A stretch of DNA of 64,000 bases from Octopus vulgaris (lineage: Eukaryota). Numbering within the stretch: position 1 is the stretch's first letter; each line of letters begins with the position of its first letter. Location of the stretch: positions 133,672,001 through 133,736,000 of the forward strand of contig OX597815.1 of assembly GCA_951406725.2 (NCBI GenBank), given 5' to 3'. A model generated the notes under the pieces. That model saw nothing but the letters and a program-made list of their open reading frames with translations, had not been told where the DNA came from and made no database searches. Position numbers and translations under genes: made by a program. Of the stretch, positions 26,612 to 40,510 are shown piece by piece.

Positions 26612-27020
26612 CCTTTACTTGTTTCAGTCGCTGGACTGTGGCCATACTGGGGCAACACGTTGAAGAGTTCTAGTCAAGTGAATCAACCCCAGAATTTTTT
26701 TTTTTTTTTGCCTTTGAGCCTGGCATTTATTCTATTGGTCACTTTTGCTGAAGCACTAAGTCATGGGGACATAAATCAGCATCATTTGTTAAACAGTGAT
26801 GAGAGACAAACACAAACAAAATGATACACACATGCACATGTGTGTATACATGCATGTGATGGGCTGCTTTCAGCTTCCGTCTACCAAATCCACTCACACA
26901 GTTTTGGTCAGACCACAACTATAGTAGAATACACGTGCCCAAGGTAGCATGAAGTGAGACTGAGCTTGGAATCATGTGATTGAGAAGCAACCTTTTTACC
27001 ACATGGCCACACCAGCACGT
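26612..27020 (-). mobile_element. SINE family A, old copy
   Basis: Tail, body and head motifs are recognisable. Confidence 0.75.
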
Positions 27021-27931
27021 CTTTATATGAATTGAGATAAAAACATGCACTTATGCATAAATACATTTATACATATAAACATGTACAACTGTATAATTTC
27101 AGTCAAATAAAATTGACTCACAATCTGGGGCTATTAAAGAAGACACTTGTCCAGGGTACCCTATTGTGTGATTGAACTTAAAACCATGTGGTTCTGAAGA
27201 AAATGTAACCACATAGCCATGTATCACACACACACACACACACACACACACATCCTAGCAACAAAGGGTCTCTCTCTCTCTCTCTCTATTTCTAAAGGAC
27301 ACTCTGTATGATATTTGTGTATGAAGTATGATGCTGCATGGTAGCTAAATATGGACACTGAATATGGGGGATGTAGGAAGATTAGAAAGAAATGAGGGAG
27401 GCATGTTCTACTGGATGTGCAATGCTTGTGTCAGTAAATGACAGATCACAAATGAACAGAGGAAAACTGAGTATCAGAAGAATTAAATATAATGTACAAG
27501 AGGTGATTTGTTGGGGCATATGATACATATTCAGGATGAAGGCTTGATAAAGATGTGCCAAACAATCCAAATAGAAGAAACCATATACATGTGTGTGTGT
27601 GTGTGTGTGAGCGATGTAACCAAGAATCTTTTCTATAACAGTAAACCTGTTCCTGTTGCCCCATTATACATTAATCTCTCAGTTGGTGTGGGGTTGAGGG
27701 GTCCTTTTAATCTTGCAAGTCTTACAAAGCAGCCTCATTAGAGTTGGTGTCATGAAAAAAATTAATCCAATACACTCCATAAAGTGGCTGGTATTAAGAA
27801 GAGCATTTAGCTGTCGAAACCATATGAAAACTGAGATACTGAAGCAAAACAGGATCCTCTGACCCATTGAGTCCTGTCAAAATATCTTAACGCATGTCAG
27901 CATGAAAAGCATAGATAAAATGTATAATTAT

Positions 27932-27984
<53 letters not shown>

Positions 27985-29392
27985 CAGAGTTTCTGTCTGC
28001 CAAATTCCACACATAAACCATTAGTCAAACCAGGGCTACAGAAGACCTTTGCCTAAACTGCTACATAGTCAGATCAAATCTTAAACCAGGCATGGACAAC
28101 ACTTTTCAAGAAGCAGGCCACATGAGACATGGTTCATCATTAGGCCAGTTGTGCTACTAAAAATGTCATGGTCATTATAAAATTATAATATTCATTTAAC
28201 ATCTATGATCCATGCTAGCATGGTTTGGATGGTTTGACAGAATCCAAAAGGCCCAAAGACTGCTTCATGTCCCAATATCTGCTTTGGTGAGAATACTATG
28301 GCTGGATGCTCTAATGCCAACCACTTTACAATGCATTATGGGTGTTTCTTTTTATGCAACACCAGCGCTAATGAGGTTTCCATGAAGCTTGCAAGACTAA
28401 GACCTCTTTTGATCAAGTGAGAATATAGTAGAGAGGGAGGCGATTCTAGGTCATCTCTCTGATTCTGTAAACTTATAATTAAAGACATTTGCTTTTTTGT
28501 ATATGGTTACAACATAATCAAATTTGTCTCTAAGATTCGAAGGTATTTTGGCTGCTATTTCTCTCAGCAGAGTGCTTGGAGAGAGGATTCCTAGTTAGTA
28601 TGGAAATTATCTTTTAATTAGCCATAAAAATATTTTCAGTTCGAAATCCACAAAGACTGACTTCTCCCTTTATAGACTGGAATCAATTTAAGTGATTCTT
28701 TCTTCATCTCTTAAAAAAAAAATCATTAAGCTCATCAACAGAAACATTACAATGGTTGAGAAAAAAATACCTTGTAGTATTTGTCCTATCTCTTGATTCT
28801 CTTTATTGAAGAAGACACTTGTCCAAGGTGTCCTATTGTGTGATCGAACTCAAAACCATGTGGTTCTCAAGCAAATATTACCTCATAGCTATGTTTGCAC
28901 ACAACACACACACACATGCTAGCTACAAAGGGTCTCTCTCTCTCTCTTTCTTTCCCTCTGTGAAGGGCACATTGTATGAACCAACCTTGCCTTCCTTTCA
29001 TCCCTATGGAATCAATGTAGTAAAATACCAGTGAAATACTGGGGTTCAACAAGCTGCACCTCTCCCCACCCCTGCTTCATTAGTTTCCTCAGCATTGCTA
29101 AGCTTTGTACCTAAATTAGAAACAGTTATTATTTTATCATTATCATCATTATTTAGCATCCACTTTTCCTTGTTTACATGGGTCAGAAGGAATTTGTTGA
29201 GGTAGATTTTTTAAGGCTGGATGCCCTTTCTTGCAGACAGCCCTCACCTGTTTCCAAGCAATGCAATATTTTCCCCATAGCCAGACACACCTTCACAAAA
29301 AGACTGGAAACAACCTGCATTGCTTGTATGGTGGTGATGTTTGTTTACAACTATCACATAATATGCAGACAAGTAGACAAACAAAGATGCAC

Positions 29393-29435
<43 letters not shown>

Positions 29436-29480
29436 CACACACACACGCACACAAACTTTTTCAGTTTCTTATTTCTTTTC

Positions 29481-29884
29481 TTATTTCTTTATTGCCCACA
29501 AGGGGCTAAACATAGAGAAGACAAACAAGGACAGACAAAGGTATTAAGTCAATTACATTGACCTCAGTGTGTAACTGGTACTTAATTTATCGACCCCAAA
29601 AGAATGAAAGGGAAAGTCGACCTCAGCGGAATTCGAACTCAGAACATAAAGACAGATGAAATACCTATTTCTTTACTATCCACAAGGGGCTAAACACAGA
29701 GAGGACAAACAGATTAAGTCGATTATATCAACCCCAGTGCGCAACTGGTACTTATTTAATCGACCCCGAAAGGATGAAAGGCAAAGTCGATCTCGGCGGA
29801 ATTTGAACTCAGAACGTAAAGACAGACAAAATACTGCTAAGCATTTCGCCCGGCGTGCTAACGTTTCTGCCAGCTCACTGCCTT
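29481..29884 (-). mobile_element. SINE family B tandem dimer (head + unit + unit)
   Basis: Two copies of the body with junction GAAATACCTATTTC at ~29658-29671. Confidence 0.85.
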
Positions 29885-30996
29885 TTTCAGTTTCTGCCCA
29901 CCAAATCTACTCACAAGGCTTTAGTTATCTCAGGACTATAATAGAAGATGCTTGCCCAAGGTGCCATGCAGTGAGACTGAACCTGAAACCACATGGTTGG
30001 GAAACAAGTTTGTCAATTATACAGCCACATCTGCACCTGTTAAGATGATATAACAGATACAGACAGTAAATATTTAATATTGCTTTGTAGTGTCGTAGTT
30101 CAGTGTTTCACTTTTCTATGCTCATAACCGAGTAGAATTGACTTAATTTTATTGAAGTTGTTGTTTAGCCCCAGGTCTCAGCCCTAAGTGAACAGACTTG
30201 TGATCAAAGACATCCAAATGATTCCCAATTTATCTTTTTCATGGGCATTGTATATCTAGGACTACATTATGCAGGGATAGCTGAGTGGTCAAGAAGTTTG
30301 CTTTGCAATCATATTGTTCCAGGTTTGATCCTACTCACAGCACCTTGAGCAATGTTTTCTACCATAATCTCGGGTTGTGAGTGAAATTTGGTAGATGGAA
30401 ACTGCAGAATCCATCATAAGCATAACTAAGAACTCTTGCTGAGAATCCTGGTTTGATACTAAACAGGAAACCACCCCCACAAAAAACCCCTACATTTCCT
30501 AGATTTCCACCTCCCCTCAATCTTTAGGGCTCATATGGCTGGTTACTCAGTTTCCATGGCATGTAAATGATCCAAGTTACAACATGGCCCTGAATGGGAT
30601 ACCAGTCTATTGCAAAGTTCAAGGCCAAGAATTTTGAGGAGAGGGGAAAAGTCAATTACATTGATTCCAGTACTTGGCTGGTACTTTATTTTATCAGGCC
30701 TGGGAAGATGAATGGCAAAGTTGATTTTGACAGGATTTGAACTCAGAATGTAAAGACCTGCAAAAAATACCACTAAGCATTTTGTCCAATATGCTAATGA
30801 TTCTATCAGCTCACTGCCTTACATTTCTAAGATAGTGAGGTGTAGTTTGAGAAATATTTGACTGCTATTTCTAGCAGGTTGATCAACCTCATAGAGGCTC
30901 CTTCATTAGTCCATTCTCCATATTGCTTGGGGTTGTTTCAATATAACCATCTTCTTTGCAGTATTTTAGTTATTTCTCTTTACATTCAATGTTTAA

Positions 30997-31217
30997 CCCT
31001 TTTGTTACTGTATTTATTTTGAGATGCTCTGTGTTTCTGTCAGTTACTTTAAATATAACAAAGAATTTAGTAAAATAACTTAGTTATCATTCAACTAGTG
31101 TTAGGAACATAAATTGTGACTTAGGTTTGGTAGAAGATTTTAATTCAAAACTTATGAAAACAAGACTTTTGTACTACAGAGCCAGAGCCGGTTTCAGCCG
31201 GGTTGATAATGAAAGGA
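30997..31217. mobile_element. TTAA-site MITE (piggyBac-like)
   Basis: TTAA-CCCTTTTGTTAC ... ATAATGAAAGGA-TTAA. Confidence 0.65.
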
Positions 31218-32321
31218 TTAAATCATACCAGATTCAATGTCCCAGATGCCTTTCATCCATTTAAAACTAATAAAATAAGTACCAGTCATACATTTAGGTT
31301 GATATAATCCACTATATCCTTTCTTTTGAACCCAGAAATCAATATTACCATATTCCTATATTCATATGGATGCCAGTTTTACTTTGCAACTTATTCCAGC
31401 ATTTCCAATACTTCCATATTAATTATTTAATTTGTTCTCATTGGAGTTTTTAATTCTTCCTGTTGGCACTGTGTGGAGGTAGAGAAGCACTGCCAGACTT
31501 ACTGCTGCCTCAGTTGGTGGTTTATCTTTGTAAAATTATTACTTTCAGGAAGCAGATTGGCAACATGGGACACATAGGATGGGCCAGCAATTTCTGAAAC
31601 CAATATTTATTATACTATTATGTGCAATAATGGATAATCATAAAATGTTTCCTGTTGGATATTGTTGGCAATCCAAAAGCATTATTAAAACAACCACACA
31701 TTAGTGCAATAAAAGAGGAGGACTATTACCGACTGAAAATTGTACTGTACTTTTTTCTTTTTGTTTCATATCACTCATTTTTTTGTTTTCACATTTTTTC
31801 AGGCATGTCCTACAACTATTAATTAAATTTAATGAATTATTAATAAATATCATACGGTCGATTTGTTATATTGGTATTGTGTCGAGCTGTTAGGCTTTAA
31901 TTATGGATTTAAGAATATACATATACATGCATATATACATGAACTGCAAAAAAATTTTGTCAATTCATTAAAAATATAAAACACCTAAGTTGAGTTGTTA
32001 AAAGCAAATTGACCAATAAAGAAATCAATCAATCAATCAATAAAAACAAGAACAAAAAATAAAAAAGGAAAACAATGTTTAGTAACCAATTTTTCATCCA
32101 TTTCCTTCGGTATTTGAACTTTGATGACAATTATATTAGCAAACATAACTGACGTTTAAAATTCAGAAAAGGCTTTGTTCTGACAGCAGTTTAATGTCTG
32201 CTGAGGGATTGTAGAGAATTAATCCTTTTAAAACCCACATGGGTCCTGATATGGCCATAGCTTCACTATGGCTTCTATAGAATTAAAGACATGATGATGA
32301 TGGTGATGATGGTGGTGGTGG

Positions 32322-32352
<31 letters not shown>

Positions 32353-32656
32353 GGTGGTGGTGGCAGTGATGTTGATGATGATGATGATGATGATGATAGA
32401 CAAATCTCCCCACAGTATTGGCTGCCAACATGTATTGAATGCTAGCTAGTAAAGCAACATTCCCAGAAGACCTGACAGCTATACCAGTCAACTAGCTGAA
32501 CTGAAGTATGTATTACCAAGTGCACTGCACGAATACATAATGAAATGCCTGCACTGAATTTGAACTCAAGACCTAAAAACTAACATTGTTGTTGTTGTTG
32601 TTGTTTTTATCCAGGTAAACTTAAAACACAGCAGACCTATATAATTAAAACTTTGA

Positions 32657-32889
32657 AAGGCGGCAAGATGGCAGAAACGTTAGCACGCTGGGCAAAATGT
32701 GTAGCCGTATTTCGTCTGCTGTTACGTCCTGGGTTCAAATTCCGCCGAGGTCGACTTTGCCTTTCATCCTTTCGGGGTCGATAAATTAAGTACCAGTTAT
32801 GCACTGGGGTTGATGTAATTGACTTAATCCGTTTGTCTGTCCTTGTTTGTCCCCTCTATGTTTAGCCCCTTGTGGGTAATAAAAAAAAC
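32657..32889 (+). mobile_element. tRNA-derived SINE family B monomer with 18-bp TSD
   Basis: B box GGTTCAAATTCC, central GCCTTTCATCCTTTCGGGGTCGATAAATTAAGTACCAG block, TSD ATATAATTAAAACTTTGA at 32639-32656 and 32890-32907. Confidence 0.9.
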
Positions 32890-32963
32890 ATATAATTAAA
32901 ACTTTGACCAACCAGTCTTTTCATATGCCCAGTACCACATTATTAAATATCAACATCATTTAA

Positions 32964-33184
32964 CCCTTTAGCATTTAAACTGACCATATCCAGCCAAAAT
33001 ATTCTACTTGTTTTATATTCAAACTAGCCAGATCTGGCTCCTTCACACCTATCCTACAACATCAATTTAAAAACTAACAATTATCTCATTAAAATCTATA
33101 AGGCTATAAGACAATACATGATTAATTCTAAAAATGTGAATAAATAAGCATTCCATTTGACAGAATAATCTGAATGCTAAAGAG
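32964..33184. mobile_element. TTAA-site MITE (piggyBac-like)
   Basis: TTAA-CCCTTTAGCATT ... AATGCTAAAGAG-TTAA. Confidence 0.8.
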
Positions 33185-33302
33185 TTAATATCCATTTTCC
33201 AAGCTGGCATGGGTTGGACAGTTTGGCAAAGCTGCATCAGGCCCCAGTGTTTTATGACTGGATGCTCTTCCTAATGATAACCATTTTACAGCATGTACTG
33301 TA

Positions 33303-33821
33303 CCGTAAATCTTCGAGTATAGTCCGCCCTTGAGTATAATACGCAGGGGATTTTTAGGGGTCTGTACCACTGAAAAACCTAAATCTTTTGTATAATATGC
33401 ACTCTTTCTCTAACTTGAGTCGTGCATAATTAAGCCAGCAGCACCTAGTCAAACAAACACTTCTGTGCATGCGTAATACAATAATGGTGATGTTCTTAAC
33501 TGTTATATGGGAATGTAAATATGTTTGCAAATTGTTTTTATATGTTATTCTGTATTCTGAATACTTTTATTTTAATAAATGTTGCTTACTGCAAGTTATG
33601 GATGATTCTTTTATGACTTCATTGCTTTCAGGCTTAGCTTGAGGCATTTTCTCACCCAATATCACAAAATGCGTCTGAATAAACATTGCCAGACAGCAAA
33701 TAGAGACTAAGACATTGCTTAGAAAATATTTTTCATTTTTAACCTCATATATAGTACGCACTAGGGATTTTGACCTTTAAATTTGGGGGGAAAAATGCGG
33801 ATTATACTCGAGGATTTACGG
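33303..33821. mobile_element. Tc1/mariner-superfamily (Tc2/pogo-like) non-autonomous element with TA TSD
   Basis: TA-CCGTAAATCTTCGAGTATAGTCCGC ... GCGGATTATACTCGAGGATTTACGG-TA; it interrupts an RTE-type tail fragment. Confidence 0.88.
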
Positions 33822-34061
33822 TATTCTTTTTCATGACACCGGCACCAGTGAAGTCATAAAGCAACATGCAAGATGAGAAAAATCCCCATCAACTAAGTGG
33901 GAGTATATTTGAAAAAGTGGGAGGTGGCTCAATGATATGATAGAGGGGCAAGCAGAGATGTCTTGCTATAGAGGAGAGATGCACGGCTACCCTACATTAT
34001 ATTAGGGTAGGGTGAGAATAACTGGAATAGAGATAAAGAGGGTGGTGACAGGATACTAGAG

Positions 34062-34252
34062 CAGCATTTTTCAAACTTTTTTTATCACAACCCATTTTAT
34101 TTATCTCACAGCCCATTGGAGGGTCAGGACCCATAGTTTGAAAAACACTGGTTTATATTCTGCATGCTGGGCCCACATGCATTTTTTTCTTACTTCCTTT
34201 TTTGTCAGAACCCATATTATTTATCTCACAACCCACAGTTTGAAAAACGCTG
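34062..34252. mobile_element. hAT-type MITE with 8-bp TSD and an internal extra right end
   Basis: TIRs CAGCATTTTTCAAACT / AGTTTGAAAAACGCTG; TSD TACTAGAG; second AGTTTGAAAAACACTG at 34135-34150. Confidence 0.82.
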
Positions 34253-35249
34253 TACTAGAGCATTCTCTCAATGTACAACAAGGTGAATATGATAAAGAAT
34301 ACTGACTGGATCAGGAGGGAAGGAAAGAGTCAGTAATTTAATAAAAGTGTGGGAGAAGAGTGACAGTTAAAGTTGAGGCTAAACCTAACCAAAAAATAAG
34401 CAACAGTGGAGATGTGGTTGATGGTGAATTCAGTATAGAGAGAGGAGGTGAGAGAGATAGAAGTGGCTCAGGAAAGAAGAGATGATAAGCAATAGTACAG
34501 AATGTGTGGAGAGCAGTAGCATCCTAAATCTGTAGAGAAATTAGAAAGTAGGAAAATGATGTGCAGTATGTGATCTGAGGGAGATCTGGTGGTTTCTTAA
34601 AACAGATCAAGCAACAATGTAGAAGATTCCCTTATTGGTTATATTTCTTCTATTCATCACAACTTTCTCAGAAAACTTTGGCAGTTATTTTCCAGTTACA
34701 TAAACTGAAATTACGTTGAATAGAGTGTCTTGTATAGAGATACATAATGAAAAGTTTTCAGAGAATTTGAATTCATGACACCTAAGCTGGCATTCAAATA
34801 TTCCAATATTTTATGCATTTCACTGCTAGTTTTTTTTTATGCGATAGAGGTTAACCAGAAGTCCACGTTTTTTTAGTTTATTGCAGTAGATTTTCTAAAG
34901 CTTGATCTCTTCCTGTCACCAATCCTTACCTGCTTCCAAGCAAGTTAATATTTGTCCTATGGCCAGACATGTTTGTGCAGAATATTGGAAATGAATGACA
35001 CTACGCCTATGGCAGTGACACTCATTCACAATTATCACACAATGCCAAGACAATGAGACACAAACATATACACTGATATGCACTCAACAGGCATCTTTCA
35101 TTTTCCACCTAACAAATCCACTTACAAGGCCTGATACTGTAATAGAAGACACTTGCCCAAGGAGCCATGCAGCGAGATTGAACTTGAAACCATGTTTAGG
35201 AAGCAAACTTCTTAACCACACAGCCACGTCTGTGTCTCTAGTATGAAGA

Positions 35250-36247
35250 CATAAATATACAATACCCATCAGGTATGTGGACAATAGGCTTGAACAACAG
35301 ATACATAGGAAAACTTTGAGAATTTAATGGAAGACATAAAAAACAATTCTACTAAAATCTAACAAGTAGTGTAATACAAATAAAATTCATTGCAATACAA
35401 TGATTCCTTATCTAGATAAACATTCACATAGAAAACGAGAAGCATGTCATGTCCATTTATAAAGACACAAATAAATGCATATATTTATGTGGGTGTCTGA
35501 ACAAACGCAAAATATCAGTGACAAAAATCCTAACATAGAAGAGCATTTGGATTCTCTTCTACAAAGAAAAACAAGCAACAAAAATCAAAGAATGAGGCAA
35601 ACACTTAACAATAGATATTCGAACAAATAAAACCAAGCTAAAGAGCACTATAAAAAATAAACACAATGTAATAAATATATCAGACATCACCATCAATTTG
35701 AAATACATAAACCATACATAAAATGTATTATATGGACCAAATGTGTAGTAATTATAGAACAGATGAATGCATTATCAAAAACCTCATAAAAGAGAACGTA
35801 AAATACATTATACCAAACCACAAATTGACTAATGATATACTAGGAAAACACTAAAAGTAAAAGTTTTTTATCAGAAACAATTCACAAGCACGTAAACCTG
35901 TGAACAAACTATTAATGACCAATGTAATTTGTAAATCTAACTGAAAATGTAGCAGATGTGAACTTTATGATTGAAATGTTATAATGGCCATACAAATCCA
36001 GACACCCTCTAAGTCAACTCAACAAGGAACAATTGAAATGCTCTTCACTACATAATACAAAACAAAACTAGATATAAAAACAGGAGACAACACATTTGTA
36101 CTATCCAGGACTCACTACAAAAATAGAAAAATAGACAATGACAAAAGTAGTACTCATAAAACATAGCTCAACACTAAAATAGAGAGTGACTAAAATAAAA
36201 AAATACAAAACAAAAAGAATCCCCCCCAAACCCCACCCATCTGATGA
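35250..36247 (+). pseudogene. decayed Penelope-like element ORF (RT C-terminus, linker, GIY-YIG region)
   Basis: Manual translation gives IRYVDN (YVDD-like, ~35268), IPYLD, NYRTDECIIKNLIKENVKYIIPNHKL and TNVICKSN*KCSRCE in PLE order. Strong A skew. Ends with CTGATGA (36241-36247) just before (TA)n. Confidence 0.55.
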
Positions 36248-36472
36248 TTATATATATATATTTATTTTTAAGACAAGGAACTAAATTCCCGTAAGGGATG
36301 TGAGCATCCTAGTTCTCCGGTTTATACCAGTGTTCAGTGAAAACCAAGTATATTAGTTTATTGTTGAAACATATAGGTATTTAAAAAACTTTATGAATGA
36401 GAAAATGGATAAAATGGATAAAATTGACATACTAATGTTATTTATTTAAAGATTCAAATTCATACAGAGAAC

Positions 36473-36561
36473 TTCCTGCCTACAGCTGTTTCCTTACCCA
36501 ATCAATTCAATTCGAATTCCCATATTCGAAACCAATCAACTGGGAATTTCCTTAGGGAGAA
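36473..36561 (-). ncRNA. degenerate hammerhead-like motif with long stem II, in a (TA)-flanked pLTR-like block (~36262-36668)
   Basis: Minus strand: CC-CTAAGGA, CCCAGTTGATT/AATTGATTGGG and TTCGAAT/ATTCGAA stems, then GAAA-CAGCTG-TA-GG. The G-U pairs favour the minus-strand RNA. Confidence 0.45.
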
Positions 36562-36886
36562 TTTTGAAAGGAAATCACATGTCTACGTGTAGGCTAGCCT
36601 GTGACAAACTCAGATGTGTATGTTTTTTTCTTGATTGCGAGTGTTCCCTAGGAAAACATTACTACCATATATACATAAATAAATAAATAAACACATTCAA
36701 GATTTGTGCAAGCACAAATATGATGCACAATAGTTCATTGATGGTGTTACGGTAGTTAAGATATAAATATTATAGAGAGAATGATAGCTTAAAAACAAGT
36801 GAATGGGGGAGAACATTATAGATAAAGTGTGAAGGAGAAGGTAGCTAAATATATATGTGTGTGTGTGTGTGTATGTGTGTGGTGTG

Positions 36887-36936
<50 letters not shown>

Positions 36937-37069
36937 CACACATACATTACCTTCTGCTGGAGCCGTGCAGAGCTTGGGTGCTTCACTCATAAACACACAC
37001 AATCCCTCGACCGCAAGCCTGCTGCTCTAACCACTAGGCCATGTGCCTCCACTATCAAGATAAATGTGC

Positions 37070-37760
37070 TGCTAGGGTTAGTTAACATAAAACTGGTGGT
37101 ACTCTGACCAATCAGCTAATTTGGAAGTGCTGCAGGGGCCTGGAGTGTTGCCCTGTATATAGATGTGTGATTGGTAGTTACACAAAGGCATTGATAAGTT
37201 AACCTGACAGTTGTAGAGATGGTGATAATTTTGAAGGTGAGAAAGTGGGGAATAAAGTGTGTGCACTGGTCAGGGGTGGGCGTAGGGATTGAAACCAGTT
37301 GATACAGAGAGTTGAGGATTGCAAAAGATTTGGTTTCTGCACCGATGGCAGCAGTATGCAATAAGTGAGAGCTAAGTAATAAGCATAAGCACTGAAGTCA
37401 CCGAAGATGGTGTCTTCAAAGTGAGGTGAGGAGGTAAGACAGTACAGGAAAAGTAAGGTAAGTTCAGTACAGGATAAAATATATGGTTCAAGAGTTGTTG
37501 TTGGTAGTGATGGCTGGAAGAGTATGGTAAGCAGTGGAGAGCAGTGAGGAAGAGAAATATTGAACCAGAGTAACTTGAAATCATTGTTGCTGATATCTAG
37601 AAGGGAGAGGTGAGTGGCTGTGAATGTGTAATCTATGTGTGTAGTCACCACTTTTCAAATTGAAGTTTGAATACAGAGTGTAACCTGGACAGTAGAGATG
37701 GGCTAATAGATAAGGGATCAAGATTTGTCTTGAAGACAGACAAGATATGTGTTTTACATG
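37070..37760 (-). pseudogene. decayed LINE APE endonuclease region
   Basis: Fragments DFKLLWFNISLP, TIFGDFSA (GDFN-like), SFAILNSLYQLVSIPT and ADWSEYHQFY in the expected order. Confidence 0.6.
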
Positions 37761-37959
37761 TATATGTATGGTGTCGGGTTACATATTCACACATATGCTC
37801 AAGATCACACACACACATACACCACTGACTGATGTATCCACACATGGATAAGCATATATATTTTCATGTAAATGTACTAAGTTTCAAAGAAACAAATACT
37901 ACAAAGGTATGCTGTATCTTTATGTACACACTCATAAAGTACATACAAAATATATATGC

Positions 37960-38010
<51 letters not shown>

Positions 38011-38202
38011 AAAGGAACACTATGCATCACACACAGCATAGACATCCTACTATGAGTCTATGCAGTTGCTCAGTCTGCCAGAAATCACAGCCAAATCTGT
38101 CTCAAATCACATACTCTGGTCTTTAAAAAGGAAGGATACATCGGACACTGTAGTCATATACATATATACATACATGCATACACATGTACATACATACATA
38201 CA

Positions 38203-38264
<62 letters not shown>

Positions 38265-38589
38265 CATGCATACATACATATACTGTGACTGAAAAAAAGG
38301 CTAAGAGAGTCACAATCAGAATGTCTTTCATCATAATCTTCCTTATCTCTTTGACCCAAGTTTGTCTATCAAGTAGATGTGGTGAAAGGCTTTCCCAGCC
38401 ACAACTATTCCATCCTTTTTTAAAAAATATTTTATCTAGTTCTACATTATCCAATGCTTCTTTTTATAAAAAAAAAGTGCTGGTGATTGAGACATAATCT
38501 GGTGAAGATTTTACAACTATTTCTTGCAAGTTCAGTGACTAGATAGTGGATTTTTCTATGTTACAAGAAGCTGAAAATGATTGTTGTTG

Positions 38590-39520
38590 AGCGCCAAGGG
38601 AAAAGTTTCATATGTGACCCTGATGGAGATACTGATACATTTGCATCAACACAGGTGCTCTCCAAGGGGACACCATAGCTCCTTTCCTTTTCATTATTTC
38701 TCAAACTATGTACCACAACACACTATGCTATCTGAACTAAGCATACATTTATGTTCCAGCCAAGATTCACATCATCATACCTCACAGACCTTGACTTCAT
38801 AAAAGACACTGCACTTGTCTCACATTCAATAACAAATGCTCAAACTTGCTATACAAACCTAGAGTTGGCTGCCATTGAAGGTGGTCTCTCAAAAAAATTG
38901 CTTGAAGACAAAGACCATTATCATTGATGAAAATGCTGGTGTGGATGATCTTACACTTTCATCAGAGCCCTTTGTGTCAGTTGCTGTTTTCTGCTACCTG
39001 GGTTCTCACACTTGCTCTACTATCTACAGATGTTAACATTGTAAAGCAACAATGTGGTCAGCATCAGATAAGCTATTGATAAATTTGGAAAGTACCACAA
39101 CTGTTATGTGACCTAAAATTATACTTGTTTCATACAACAATAGGATCTATTTTGTTCTATGGATCTGAATGCTGGTCTCTTATGGTGGCCCAGCAGTGAT
39201 CACAAAACAGCATTTACCCTCAACTTCTGTGCAAGGCCTTCAACATCTCTTATGTCTACCATATATCAAACAAGTTGCTATATGGATCTTTACTACATGT
39301 CAGCCAGACAGTCAAACAAAGACAGCTAAAATTTGCAGGCTACTGTCATTGTCAAACAGACCAACTTGTCACTGTGCTTCTTTTCTATAACCCTACAGGT
39401 CAGATCTGCATGACAAATGTCCATGCACTTATGCAGGACAAGGACTGTGCACTGTTTCAGAGTTGGCATGCATAATGTCATCTCGTACAGCCTGGAGGGA
39501 AATTTGTTCTTGAGTTGAAG
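38590..39520 (+). pseudogene. decayed RTE/RTE-X-like reverse transcriptase
   Basis: PDGDTDTF..TGALQGDTIAPF, TDLDF, FCYLGS, SILFYGSECWSL. Confidence 0.7.
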
Positions 39521-39858
39521 TTGACGTCCATAAGTGATGTGACATAGACAAAAGACTTGTTGAGTCTCAGGTCAGTTCTGATCTAGCTGAACTATGACCA
39601 AAAGAAATTCCAGCCTTGATTAGCACCTGATTTTTTTTTCAGATACAGTATATCTAGGAGTACATTATCTAATGTGTCTTTCTATTCTTTTAAATAATAG
39701 GATGTGTAATTTGCAGGGTTTTTGGTTGCTATTTCTAGCAGTTTGAATAACCACATAGAGGCACACCCTTTGACTTGACAAGCTGAAAGTTATGTGTGAA
39801 GCTATAGATCTTGCAGTGTCTTAGAGAATACCTGCAGAATCTACAGTTACAGTTTCTA

Positions 39859-39913
<55 letters not shown>

Positions 39914-40156
39914 TTACTGCAAGCTTTGCATCTACTGCTGATGCTAGGTGCATCTAGTACTTGCAGATATGCACATCTAAAAAGGTGCAGTAAATGAATT
40001 ACAATAGTCAATAGTGCAATTATATTCTTGTATGAAATTCTTTGGTGTCAATCATTCACACACAACCGCATTGCATATTTTAAGAAATGGTCTTTATTGT
40101 TTTATTTGTGCATTGTGGGTGTGCATATATAAGTATGCAGATATTTTTGTATATCT

Positions 40157-40188
<32 letters not shown>

Positions 40189-40463
40189 ATGCATGTGTTT
40201 ATGCATGTGCACTTACGTGAGTTGTGTGGATATGACTATGCAGGGCATGTTACATGTGAGTATGTGGTGTAGTTGTATGTTTTGGAGTGTGACTCTGGAT
40301 GCATGCATGGGTGCTCCGTCTGTGCACAAGACTATATACATATAGCCATACACATATGTATACACAAACAAACACACACATACACACATAGACACACACA
40401 CACTCAACCCATGCGAGCATGAAAAATGGATGTTAAATGATGACATATAAACATACACACATG

Positions 40464-40510
<47 letters not shown>

